Source: an uncultured Desulfarculus sp. (GTDB lineage Bacteria > Desulfobacterota > Desulfarculia > Desulfarculales > Desulfarculaceae). From it: a stretch of DNA of 64,000 nt. The notes beneath the pieces were generated by a model. It was given only the letters and a program-made list of their open reading frames with translations. It was not told where the DNA came from and did no database searches. Below, one piece after another: positions 40,297 through 49,647 of the stretch (positions are counted from its first letter, which is position 1; each line of letters begins with the position of its first letter). A program made the translations under genes and the position numbers. The DNA lies in assembly GCA_963665125.2 (NCBI GenBank), contig CAXXUK010000001.1, positions 512,001 to 576,000 of the forward strand. Reading direction: 5' to 3'.

Positions 40297-41535
40297 CTAC
40301 ACATGGGTCAGCGCCTCCACTGGTCTGAGCTTGCGGACTCGCAGAGCCGGGAATAAAGCGGCTATGAAGGTGATAACCAGCACGGCCGACGGACCGGCAA
40401 GGGCCGTGGTCCAGGAAAGTTGCGGGTGCAAAAGGGCCGGAATGCCGTATTGCTGCAGCAGATCGCTTTGTCCGCTGAGGTTGATGCCATATGCCTGGAA
40501 ATAGCCCGTGACGGCGATGCCCAGGGCCATGCCGGTGATGATGCCCACCAGGGTAATGGCCGTCGATTCCATGAGCAGCACCTTGGTCAGCCGGCCGGGG
40601 GTGACGCCAACGGCCATCATCACGCCGAATTCTCTGGTGCGTTCCAACACGGCCATGAGGAAGGTGTTGAGGATGCTGAAGGCCACGACCACTATGAGAA
40701 CGAAGTAGATGATCAAACCGCTGACCAGGTCCATCTTGATGCTCTGCATCAGGCCGGGCATGATCTGGTTCCAGTCCAGGGTCACCAGGGGATGGCGCTG
40801 CTTGATGTCTTTGATGGCTTGGCTTACCGCGTCCTTTAAGACCGGCACCTGGTCAAGCTCCCGGCCCAGAATCACGATTTCATGCACCGCGCCTTCCATG
40901 AAAAAGGTGTCTTGGAAGTAGCCCAGGGGGATCATCATTACCGAGCGGTCGAAATCGGTCTGGCCCGAGCTGTAGATGCCCTTGACCGTGAGCACGGCGG
41001 CGGCCACCGAGCCGTCACGGCCCTGACCCAGCAGGGTCAGTTCGTCGCCCAAGCCGACCTGCAGGTTGCGGGCCAGCAGATCGCCTATGATCGCCTGGCT
41101 CGTGTCGCCTTTGGCCAGATAGTCGCCTTTGCGGATCATCGATTTGATGGTGGAGACTTTGGCCTCGCCTTCGGGTTCCACGCCGATCACGCCTACGCCG
41201 TAGGTGCGGTCCTTGGAAGATATCAAGGCGAAACCGTTGGCTCTTGAAGTAAATGCATTGATGTAGGGTATATCCTTTATGGCCGCGTCCACGGCCTTGG
41301 GGTCCTGGATAACCCTGTGCATCTCCTTGTCTTTCAGATAGCCTTGGGCCTGGATCTGGACATAGCCGGTGTGGGCTCTGACCGCGCTGTTGATCATCTC
41401 GGCGTAGCTGCCGAACTGGAACGACAGCATGAACACCAGAATCAGACAGGCAAAGGCGATGGCCGCCACGGTCAGGAATGTGCGCCGGGGATTGCGCCAG
41501 ATATTACGCCAGGCCATTTTGGCGTCTATGGACAC
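40297..41535 (-). CDS. FtsX/LolC-like ABC permease
   Basis: AWRNIWRNPRRT, ERTREFG, FPALRV...PVEAL. Confidence 0.9.
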   Translation of the reverse strand: MSIDAKMAWRNIWRNPRRTFLTVAAIAFACLILVFMLSFQFGSYAEMINSAVRAHTGYVQIQAQGYLKDKEMHRVIQDPKAVDAAIKDIPYINAFTSRANGFALISSKDRTYGVGVIGVEPEGEAKVSTIKSMIRKGDYLAKGDTSQAIIGDLLARNLQVGLGDELTLLGQGRDGSVAAAVLTVKGIYSSGQTDFDRSVMMIPLGYFQDTFFMEGAVHEIVILGRELDQVPVLKDAVSQAIKDIKQRHPLVTLDWNQIMPGLMQSIKMDLVSGLIIYFVLIVVVAFSILNTFLMAVLERTREFGVMMAVGVTPGRLTKVLLMESTAITLVGIITGMALGIAVTGYFQAYGINLSGQSDLLQQYGIPALLHPQLSWTTALAGPSAVLVITFIAALFPALRVRKLRPVEALTHV

Positions 41536-41539
41536 GGGC

Positions 41540-42298
41540 TTACCTCCTGGGATTTTTTAGGTTTTCCAGGGTGAAATAGCGGTCCGGCATGCTGTCCTTG
41601 AATTCTATGGATTCATTGACCACCTTGGTGAACTCGCCGTCGGAGTCGGCCTTTTTCATGACCCAAACCTTTGGCAAAAGCCTGCCCCCCATCTTTTCCA
41701 CATCCTGGAAGGACAGGGCCTTGACCAGCTTCATGTCTTCGTCAAAATAGCTTTGCTCCACGGGCACGTTGTCGTCGCGGATCTTGAAGGTCATCTTGCC
41801 CCAGATTACGGCGGCCATGGGCTTGGGAATGCTTTCGATGCTGTAGACCTTGTGGCCGTCGACCTGCTCGGTGCCGGTGATCTTGTGGGTGTAGTCCTGG
41901 ATGATGGTGTCGCTCTTGGACAGGTCGTTGTTGGAGAAATCAGAGCCCATCCAGGCCTGGCCCATCATCGACGGCGGCAGCTTGATGATCCGGTTGATCT
42001 TGGGGTTGTACATCCACATCTGGGGGCCGAGCTTGAGGGTGCCGTTGCCGCTGTCCCTGGGAGGTTCCATGATCTGGAACAGGCTGTCGGTTTGGCCCCT
42101 GGTCCAGGCCTTGATGGTCATGGTGCGTTGCCAATCCGGCCGTTGGATGGTCATCGTCACCGTGGATATGGACGCTTTTCCGCGAACATAGTCCAGGTAG
42201 CCCTGAATGATTTGCGCGGCGTCCTCCGCCTGGGCCTGGGCTGGCGCCAGACAAAGACAGGCCAAAGCGATCAACAGGCTGGTGCAAAGGGCTCTCAT
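41540..42298 (-). CDS. LolA-like outer-membrane lipoprotein-sorting protein
   Basis: Signal peptide; WMYNP, WMGSDFSNND; first structural gene of the ABC operon. Confidence 0.85.
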   Translation of the reverse strand: MRALCTSLLIALACLCLAPAQAQAEDAAQIIQGYLDYVRGKASISTVTMTIQRPDWQRTMTIKAWTRGQTDSLFQIMEPPRDSGNGTLKLGPQMWMYNPKINRIIKLPPSMMGQAWMGSDFSNNDLSKSDTIIQDYTHKITGTEQVDGHKVYSIESIPKPMAAVIWGKMTFKIRDDNVPVEQSYFDEDMKLVKALSFQDVEKMGGRLLPKVWVMKKADSDGEFTKVVNESIEFKDSMPDRYFTLENLKNPRR

Positions 42299-42302
42299 GC
42301 TA

Positions 42303-42956
42303 TCACTCCTGAATGGCGGGTTTGATTAAACTTTTTGCAAGACCCCTGAGAAGCGCCTGCAAGTGCTGGCGAGCCGGAGTCTGGATGTCGAAATTCGGAT
42401 CTAGCCAAGCCTGAAACAACAGGCCGTCCCAGGCCCCAAAAAATAATGATGCCATGGCCCGCGGCTCAAAGTCACCCCTGAACTCTCCCGATGCCTGGCC
42501 GCCGGCCAGGACCCGGCCCAGGAACTCGCAGTTGATTTTGTACACTGCGCCAAACCGGGTTTTAAGCTGGGATTTTTCGCGATCGGCTATGGCCGCCGCC
42601 CACAGCTCCATCGACAGGTTGAAAAGCTGCTTCATTTGGGAACGCATGGCCAGCATGCCTTCCAGGTATTCGATCATGGTTTGGCTTGCCGAGGCGTGCG
42701 GCTGGGCCTCGAACCATTCCAATGCGTCGGTTTGCTGTTTGATCAGCCAGAGGAGCACGGCCATGATCAGGTCGTCGCGGGTTGGAAAGTAGTTATACAG
42801 TGTGCCCTTGGCCCAGCCCAGCTTGGCCGCGACATGATCCATGGACGTGGCGGCAATGCCCCGCCGGGAGAATATTTCTGCCGCGGCGTCCACTATGGCC
42901 GCTTTTTTTTGGGCTATCTGCTTGTCGCTTTGGGCAGGGCGGGGCATGTCGTCCAC
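42303..42956 (-). CDS. TetR/AcrR family regulator
   Basis: AAAEIFSRRG...SMDHVA...GWAKGTLYNYF HTH. Confidence 0.92.
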   Translation of the reverse strand: MDDMPRPAQSDKQIAQKKAAIVDAAAEIFSRRGIAATSMDHVAAKLGWAKGTLYNYFPTRDDLIMAVLLWLIKQQTDALEWFEAQPHASASQTMIEYLEGMLAMRSQMKQLFNLSMELWAAAIADREKSQLKTRFGAVYKINCEFLGRVLAGGQASGEFRGDFEPRAMASLFFGAWDGLLFQAWLDPNFDIQTPARQHLQALLRGLAKSLIKPAIQE

Positions 42957-42960
42957 CTAT

Positions 42961-43015
42961 AAAATGACGCCAAGGTCAATTTATAGGCAAAATAATATGA
43001 CGGTCAAGTCATTTT
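42961..43015. promoter_or_regulatory. Tandem TGAC-N6-GTCA operators (probable TetR autoregulation)
   Basis: AAAATGAC-gccaag-GTCAATTT and ATATGAC-ggtcaa-GTCATTTT directly upstream of tetR. Confidence 0.65.
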
Positions 43016-43034
43016 ATTGTTGAGGGGCAAAGCT

Positions 43035-43736
43035 TCAGGAATCTCGGGAGAGCCGGGCGCGGGCCTTTCTGATCAACAACAGCACCACCGCGATCATCAC
43101 CGCGACCACCGCCACCAGGCTCCAGGGGACCCTGCCCTGTTCCAGACCGGTGAATACGGCATCAAATCCGGCCACATATAAAACCGTGCCCGGCAGCATG
43201 CACAGCCATGACCAGAATACATACTTGCCCAGGGAAACATGGGTCAGGCCCAGGCCGTAGTTGAGCAGATTGAAGGGAAACAAGGGCACCAGACGGGTAA
43301 TGGCCACGATGATGTCGCCGTGTTCAGCGGTCATTTTATCGAGCTTCCGGAATTTTTCATTGCCGCTGAGCCGGTTTTCTATGGCGCCCCTGGCGAAATA
43401 GCGGGCCACCAAAAAGGCCAGGGTGGCCCCGATGGTCGAACCCAGGCTGACGGCGACCACGCCCCAAACCGTGCCGAACAGGCCGGCGGCCAAAGCGCTC
43501 ATGGCCATTCCGGGCAGGGCCAGCACCGTGGCCATGGCATAGATGGCCACGAAAACGGCCAGCCCCCACCAGCCCATGGAGCCAATCCAATCCCGCAGCT
43601 GTTGGATATAGGCCCCGGCATCCAGATACCAGGCCAGAGCCATCACGGCCAGCACAAGGCCGATGAGCAGCATCGGTTTCCAGAGGCCGGTTTTGGACGG
43701 GGGCGCGTTCGGCACGTTGTTGTTGTCAACGGCCAT
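43035..43736 (-). CDS. TVP38/TMEM64 (DedA) family membrane protein
   Basis: GLFG...G, GATLAFLVARY, RLVPLFPFNLLNYGLGLT, LPG. Confidence 0.9.
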   Translation of the reverse strand: MAVDNNNVPNAPPSKTGLWKPMLLIGLVLAVMALAWYLDAGAYIQQLRDWIGSMGWWGLAVFVAIYAMATVLALPGMAMSALAAGLFGTVWGVVAVSLGSTIGATLAFLVARYFARGAIENRLSGNEKFRKLDKMTAEHGDIIVAITRLVPLFPFNLLNYGLGLTHVSLGKYVFWSWLCMLPGTVLYVAGFDAVFTGLEQGRVPWSLVAVVAVMIAVVLLLIRKARARLSRDS

Positions 43737-43762
43737 TGCCGCCCCCTTTTCCCGCACGTGGG

Positions 43763-44539
43763 CTATTCATCCAGTTGATCTTCGATGAGCCGGGGGCCCA
43801 GGGGGGAGCAGACGCCCACCTGGCAGTGGAACAACACCGGATGTTCCGCCTTGAGGTGCTCCATGTAGGTCAACCAGAGGTGGTTGAGTTTGATCAGGGC
43901 CTTGCCCACGTCCTTGGCAAGGTGCTGCATTTCGCCCTTGGTCATGTTTTGGTATATGCCCCGGAAGTGAATCTCCTCGATAAGATGCAATAGGGACAAT
44001 AACCCGTTGTAAAGATCTTCGAAATCCAGCACCAGGGGATTGCGGGTCATGGTCAGGATGTCGTTTTCATGAGTTTTGAGCATGTCCAGAATGCGCATCA
44101 GATTTTGTAGGTCGGCATTCATTTTGGGCTTGAAGGACATTAGCTGCGTTTTGGCCCTGTTGAAGTCCTTGTGGGTCCAGTCCTTGTGGACCAGGGTGAT
44201 GGCCTCCAGGTCCGGCCGGTTCGCGCAGACATTGTTGGCCAGGGCCAGGAACTCGGCCCCCAATTGCCTAAAGAAGATGCCCAGGAACATGTTGAGCTTT
44301 TTACGGCGGGACAGGTTCTCCCGAAAGGAGATCATGCCCTCGATGATGATGCCCAGGACCAGGGCGTGGATGGGCAAAAAGGCGATATGGGAAAAAATTT
44401 TTTCACCGTAATAACCGGCGTCATGATGCGAGCCGAATACGAGGAAATGGATGAAGTAGAGCACGCAGGACAGAGCTACGAGCCCGGCGGCAATCAGGGC
44501 TTTGTCGATTATTTCTCTGGAAAATGTGGGCTTGGGCAT
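43763..44539 (-). CDS. Hypothetical membrane protein
   Basis: Two N-terminal TM helices, IAFLPI, KKLNMFLGIFF, soluble C-terminus. Confidence 0.7.
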   Translation of the reverse strand: MPKPTFSREIIDKALIAAGLVALSCVLYFIHFLVFGSHHDAGYYGEKIFSHIAFLPIHALVLGIIIEGMISFRENLSRRKKLNMFLGIFFRQLGAEFLALANNVCANRPDLEAITLVHKDWTHKDFNRAKTQLMSFKPKMNADLQNLMRILDMLKTHENDILTMTRNPLVLDFEDLYNGLLSLLHLIEEIHFRGIYQNMTKGEMQHLAKDVGKALIKLNHLWLTYMEHLKAEHPVLFHCQVGVCSPLGPRLIEDQLDE

Positions 44540-44671
44540 TTGGCTCTTCCAAATTGTTTCACAATTGGTTAAGTGATAATGTAAAAACCCCTGATGGTAT
44601 TTGCAAGCTCGGTATGCGCCAGGGCCGCTGGAGCGTGTGATTTTTCCAAATTTAAAGCGGGAGTGCGTCGC

Positions 44672-45298
44672 ATGCAGGTTCAAATAGTGTTCTATAGCAT
44701 GTACGGCCATGTTTACCAACTGGCCAAGGCCGTTGCCAAGGGCGCGGGCCAGGTGCGTGGAGCCGAGGTCAAACTTTTACAGGTGCCCGAATTGGTCCCC
44801 CGCGAGGCCCTGGAACAGAGCGGGGCCCTGGCTGCGCGAAATGCCTTTGCCGACGTGCCGGTGGCCGAGCCTGCCATGCTGGCCGAGGCCGACGCCATCA
44901 TCTTCGGTACGCCCACCAGATTCGGCATGATGTGCTCCCAGATGCGCAATTTCCTGGACCGCACGTCCCAGCTTTGGGCCCGGGGCGCTTTGGTGGGCAA
45001 GGTGGGCAGTGTCTTCGCCAGCACCGGCACCCAGCACGGCGGCCAGGAGACCACCATCGTCAGCTTTCAAACCAGCCTGCTGCATCACGGCCTGGTAATC
45101 GTCGGCGTGCCCTACACCGAACCGGGCCTGCTGGAGATGGGCGAAATATCAGGCGGTACGCCCTACGGCGCAACGACCATCGCCGCCAACGACGGCTCGC
45201 GTCAGCCCAGCGCCAACGAACTGGCCATAGCTGAATTCCAGGGCCGCCATGTCGCCCGCATAGCTGCTGAACTCAAGCGGGGCAGGGGCGAACTTTAA
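44672..45298 (+). CDS. wrbA: NAD(P)H:quinone oxidoreductase type IV
   Basis: [33 protein letters not shown]. Confidence 0.94.
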   Translation: MQVQIVFYSMYGHVYQLAKAVAKGAGQVRGAEVKLLQVPELVPREALEQSGALAARNAFADVPVAEPAMLAEADAIIFGTPTRFGMMCSQMRNFLDRTSQLWARGALVGKVGSVFASTGTQHGGQETTIVSFQTSLLHHGLVIVGVPYTEPGLLEMGEISGGTPYGATTIAANDGSRQPSANELAIAEFQGRHVARIAAELKRGRGEL

Positions 45299-45407
45299 AG
45301 GACCCCTTGCAATAATCGGTCTGTCCGTGCTTTCATCACTAATGCCCGGGTTATTCCGGGCAATGAAAACGGACTAGGTGTGACCACCCATGTCGCGGAG
45401 GACCGAT

Positions 45408-46466
45408 ATGAAAAAATTGCTTTGGGCTCTTTTGGGCATCTTGGTGATGATTGTTTTGTATTTCTTCGTTGCAGAGACGCCTTTGGACCCCCTTGCCTGG
45501 AACCCGCCGCCGAAACCGGCCATGACCGGCCCCCTGGCCCCGAACAACGCCCTTGAAAAAGCCGAAATTATAGCCGCCGGACAGGTCCAGGGGCCTGAAG
45601 ACGTGGCCGTGGCCGCCGATGGCTCCTTGTACACCGGCTGTTCAGACGGCACGGTGCGCAAGATCGCGCCGGACGGCAAGGTCAGCGTTTTTGCCAAGAC
45701 CGAAGGCAGACCGCTGGGACTACAGTTTGACGGATCGGGCAACTTGATCGTCTGTGATGCCTACAAGGGCCTGCTCAAGATAAGCCCGGACGGCGTAATT
45801 GAAGTCCTGAGCACTGAAAATGGCGGCGTGCCGTTCAAGTTCACCGATGATTTGGATATTGCCAAGGATGGTAAAATCTATTTCACCGATGCCAGCAACC
45901 GTTATGGCCCGGATCAACTGCTCTATGACCTGTTCGACCACAGGCCCAACGGCAGGTTGCTGTGCTATGACCCGGCCACAAAAGAGACCAAGTTGCTATT
46001 GGATAAGCTGTATTTTGCCAACGGCGTGGCCCTGTCGCCCGATGAAAGCTTCGTACTGGTCAACGAGACCTATGCCTACCGCATCACCCGCTTGTGGCTC
46101 ACGGGCCCCAAGGCCAGTCAGCATGATGTGTTTGCCGACAACCTGCCCGGCTTCCCGGACAACATCTCCCGGGGCTCCAAGAACTACTGGGTGGCCATGT
46201 ACACGGTGCGTAACGATTCGGCTGACAAGATGCACCCCTATCCGTGGCTGAAAAAACAGGTCTCCAAGCTGCCGCACTTTATGTGGCCCAAGCCCGAGCC
46301 TTACGGCTTTATCCTGGCCGTCGATGACGATGGCAAGATCACCGCCAGCTACCAGGACCCCACGGGCAAGCATCTGACAACCATCACCAGCGTCAACGAG
46401 CATGACGGGTGCCTCTATTTGGGCAGCCTGATCAACGACCGCATCGGCAAGTACTGTTTGAAATAG
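45408..46466 (+). CDS. Strictosidine synthase/SMP-30 family beta-propeller
   Basis: GPED, GRPLG, DAYKGLL, YFTDAS, FANGVALS, LPGFPDNI. Confidence 0.9.
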   Translation: MKKLLWALLGILVMIVLYFFVAETPLDPLAWNPPPKPAMTGPLAPNNALEKAEIIAAGQVQGPEDVAVAADGSLYTGCSDGTVRKIAPDGKVSVFAKTEGRPLGLQFDGSGNLIVCDAYKGLLKISPDGVIEVLSTENGGVPFKFTDDLDIAKDGKIYFTDASNRYGPDQLLYDLFDHRPNGRLLCYDPATKETKLLLDKLYFANGVALSPDESFVLVNETYAYRITRLWLTGPKASQHDVFADNLPGFPDNISRGSKNYWVAMYTVRNDSADKMHPYPWLKKQVSKLPHFMWPKPEPYGFILAVDDDGKITASYQDPTGKHLTTITSVNEHDGCLYLGSLINDRIGKYCLK

Positions 46467-46479
46467 TCAACAGGGCTAC

Positions 46480-47133
46480 GTGGGCATGGATCAGCGACTG
46501 TTAAAACTCACCGGGATCTGGTTTGCCGTGGCGGCGGCGGCCGTGGCCGTGCTGTTCAATTTCATCGACCAGCCGGTGGATATCGCGGCCCATAAGCTCA
46601 GCGGCACCGCCTGGTTCGAGGCCGGCCAGACAATCAGCCTGCTGGCCGACCACAGCCTGTTCAACGTGCTGCTGTTTTTCGGCTATGTCATCGGCGGCGT
46701 GGCGGCCCTGTGGCGGGGCCCGGACGGCTGGGTGCGCAATCTTTTGTATTGTTGCCTGGCCGTGACTATCGCCATGTTCATCGGCGAGACGCTCAAATGG
46801 TTTTTCGGCCGCTTTCGCCCGGTGATGCTTTTTGAACAGGGCCTGTACGGCTTTTCCTGGTTCGCCGACAAGGGCAGCATGCATTCGTTTCCCTCGGGCC
46901 ACAACATGCGCATCTTTTCGCTGATGACAGCCCTGTCGTTTGTCTGGCCCAAGGCCCGCATTCCGCTCATCAGTCTGGCCTGTGTTGTCGGGGCCAGCCG
47001 GGTGCTGGTGACTCGGCATTATCCCAGCGATGTCATCGCCGGGGCCTTCGTGGGCATCATAGTCGCCGTGTGGGTCTGGCGGATCATGCAGGGCGGGCGG
47101 CAAGAAATTGTTAGAGGCGGCCAGGGTGATTAG
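46480..47133 (+). CDS. PAP2 family phosphatase
   Basis: K...GRFRP, SFPSGH, SRV....HYPSDV. Confidence 0.9.
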   Translation: MGMDQRLLKLTGIWFAVAAAAVAVLFNFIDQPVDIAAHKLSGTAWFEAGQTISLLADHSLFNVLLFFGYVIGGVAALWRGPDGWVRNLLYCCLAVTIAMFIGETLKWFFGRFRPVMLFEQGLYGFSWFADKGSMHSFPSGHNMRIFSLMTALSFVWPKARIPLISLACVVGASRVLVTRHYPSDVIAGAFVGIIVAVWVWRIMQGGRQEIVRGGQGD

Positions 47134-47209
47134 GCCCCGGAGCATGGCGGAAGGTTTAATTCGGACGGAGTGGAGTTGATCGGGGCGCCATCAAAAAGGG
47201 GGTTGGGCC

Positions 47210-47764
47210 ATGCTCAGAAAAGTCGGGGTTTTTATTGCGTTGATATCAGTTGGTTTTGTTTTGCAGGCCCGGCCCGGCTCGGCCGACCAAAATGACGGAG
47301 GGGTCAAAGGCGCGGATACTGGACAAAACATTGAGTCCGCGCCGTTGATCAGCGACGAGGAAAAGGCGAAAATTGAGCAATGCAAGCGGGCCAATGGGGA
47401 GATTTGCGAAAGGGATTACGCCAAGTGCAAGGAGGAAGCCTCGCGGCCGCAATCCGGAGGTTACGCAGACTGCTTTCAGCAAAAAATGGATTGCCTCAAC
47501 GGGTGCAGGGATGGTCACAAGGCCTGCAAAAAAGCATGTGAACAACACTATAAATCCGGATGCTACAAGGATTGCACCAGTCAAAAAACCGGCTGCTTGG
47601 ACAAGTGCGAGGAACAGGGGGACAGATGCACCCGCAATGCCCTGGCCGAGCCCCCGCAAAGCGCGCCTTCGGTGGATTGCGAACAAAGACGGCAGGAATG
47701 CCTGAAGATGGTTGATGGCCTGTGCAACCAGGACCGGCCCAACATGCAGTTGCCCGGCGATTAG
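47210..47764 (+). CDS. Secreted cysteine-rich protein (16 Cys)
   Basis: Signal peptide; Cys spacing 7-6-14-6-3-6-3-7-3-6-3-6-16-6-7. Confidence 0.75.
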   Translation: MLRKVGVFIALISVGFVLQARPGSADQNDGGVKGADTGQNIESAPLISDEEKAKIEQCKRANGEICERDYAKCKEEASRPQSGGYADCFQQKMDCLNGCRDGHKACKKACEQHYKSGCYKDCTSQKTGCLDKCEEQGDRCTRNALAEPPQSAPSVDCEQRRQECLKMVDGLCNQDRPNMQLPGD

Positions 47765-47902
47765 CCGCCGCGGCTAGAACATCGCATGTGCTGTGACGGT
47801 AATTACCTGACACATGGAGCCAAATGAAGAGGTGGCCATGCCGCCTCCTACCGGGTTAGAAGAAGTGTTGCGAAGCACTTCGAACCCAAGGAGGTAAAGG
47901 AC

Positions 47903-48094
47903 ATGACCACCGAGAAGAAAGTAGCACGCAGGAAGCTGAGTTTACTAGAGTTGGCGTCTGATTTGAAGAACGTCAGCCGGGCCTGCAAGATCATGGGCTA
48001 TACCCGCCAGCAATTCTATGAGATCAGGCGCAACTACCAGACATTTGGCGCGGATGGGCTGATTGATCGGCTTCCCGGCCCTAAAGGGCCACAC
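47903..48094 (+). pseudogene. Truncated IS481 transposase (HTH only)
   Basis: RRKLSLLELA..L.NVSRACKIMGY.RQQFYEI...GPKGPH; similarity is then lost and no DDE domain follows. Confidence 0.85.
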
Positions 48095-48249
48095 TGCGCA
48101 AGACCTTCGGCTACATGCAACGAACCAAGTACGGTGTGGCATGGGAAGTCCTGGCCAAGCGCTACAACCACAGTTCGCCCAGAACCACCATGCGCTACCT
48201 GGGCATAAACGATGATGAGGTCAATGGGATATTGCTGAATGAGATATGA
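48091..48249 (+). pseudogene. C-terminal remnant of a tyrosine recombinase
   Basis: Hand translation: TLRKTFGYMQRTKYGVAWEVLAKRYNHSSPRTTMRYLGI...* matching (H)xLR, NH and catalytic Tyr motifs. Confidence 0.8.
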
Positions 48250-48362
48250 ATATGGGCTGAACTTCCGATCTGCCCTGATCGTTGACATCCGGGGCGGTTC
48301 AGGCATATGTAGGAGTACTGAGACTTAACCGGATATCCTGTAGAGTGCGCCAGGGCAGGACT

Positions 48363-49625
48363 ATGAGCAAGATCAAGTTAGGTGTTGCGATTGCAATTTT
48401 GCTATTTGCTGGGGTCATTGTTGTCAGTCAATTGTATGACATTCCATTGTTAACGAAGAAGCAGCTGCCACAATCATTTGAAGTAATTTGGGAAAAGGAT
48501 TTTTATAGCGAAGTTCTCGGACAATTCGCTGCTATCGTCGCCTTGCCAGAAGGTGGTGTCATTTTTGCCAGGACAAAGCCAAACGGTAAAGGTATTTCGG
48601 TGCCATTTATTGTCCGTGTGGACCAGGACGGAAATGAACTATGGAGAACCACGTTCGAAGACAAGTATACAATAAACGATTTGTCTGTTCTTAAATTAAT
48701 GCCAAATAATTCAATTATGCTTGTGTGCGATAAAAAAATCGAAAATCCTGACAGAGTAATTCCATATATCCTAATATTTGGAAAAGACGGCAAACTGTTA
48801 GAGCAAGTAGTGGTTCCTGTAAATAAGGACAAAGCCTCAATTGTTGATTGTGATTTAATTGACGATGATACTCTCTATTTTGTAGGGTGTAAGTATCCCT
48901 ATGACGAGTCAACCAAGAAAGTTAGTACAGTTTCGAACGGTTGGTTTGGCAAGTTAAAATTGAAAAAAGGGATGCAAATAGAAAAATCTTTTGAACGATA
49001 CAACGATAGTTATTTTTGCGACATGGTGAGGTTCAAATTTAATTATGCTCTCACCGGCATATCAACTGATAATCAGAATAAAAGACAAAATATAATTCTT
49101 ATGTTAGACATGTACGGCAAAATTATCTGGGATTTTAAGTCCGAAAATACAGAAGTTCTAGTAGGCAATAGGGCGTGTAGCCTCCAAGATAATATTATTA
49201 TTACTGTAATGACTAAAACGTTCGGAACTTCGCTTTTAAATTTAAACAGTGAAGCAGTCTGCTATTCCTTAGATTCGAAAGGGAACATGCTTTCAAAATC
49301 GTATATTCCAAAATATTATCTCGGGATAAATAAACGAATATACGTAATTGTCAATTCGGTATTAGGTAGCCACCGTCAACGCAATGCTTTTTTTGTAGTA
49401 GGGTTACAAATTGACCTGAATAATAAGCAGGCTATGAGCTTTTTATATAAGTTGACCAGCAAGTCAGAAGTGCTTGCTGAATTTTTCTATGACATTGAAT
49501 CAACTTTTTCATTTGATGATATAGTTTCAGATACTTTTGGTGACTACTACCTCCTCGCAAGATCTATGGATTTATCAAAAAATAATCCAGCACAGACGAG
49601 GTTAATTAAGCTAAGAATCAACTAG
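48363..49625 (+). CDS. AT-rich passenger gene; N-anchored, probable beta-propeller protein
   Basis: N-terminal TM; repeated D.DG..LW-type blades; visibly far lower GC than the flanks. Confidence 0.7.
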   Translation: MSKIKLGVAIAILLFAGVIVVSQLYDIPLLTKKQLPQSFEVIWEKDFYSEVLGQFAAIVALPEGGVIFARTKPNGKGISVPFIVRVDQDGNELWRTTFEDKYTINDLSVLKLMPNNSIMLVCDKKIENPDRVIPYILIFGKDGKLLEQVVVPVNKDKASIVDCDLIDDDTLYFVGCKYPYDESTKKVSTVSNGWFGKLKLKKGMQIEKSFERYNDSYFCDMVRFKFNYALTGISTDNQNKRQNIILMLDMYGKIIWDFKSENTEVLVGNRACSLQDNIIITVMTKTFGTSLLNLNSEAVCYSLDSKGNMLSKSYIPKYYLGINKRIYVIVNSVLGSHRQRNAFFVVGLQIDLNNKQAMSFLYKLTSKSEVLAEFFYDIESTFSFDDIVSDTFGDYYLLARSMDLSKNNPAQTRLIKLRIN

Positions 49626-49647
49626 ACATAAGTATTTATAATTAATC

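Noticed and set aside
47210..47764. Multiheme cytochrome c
   Set aside because: No CxxCH motif; Cys gaps are 3, 6, 7, 14 or 16.
48095..48208. C-terminal part of the 101-aa ORF 47903-48208 as transposase
   Set aside because: After GPKGPH it is off-frame read-through of the integrase remnant.
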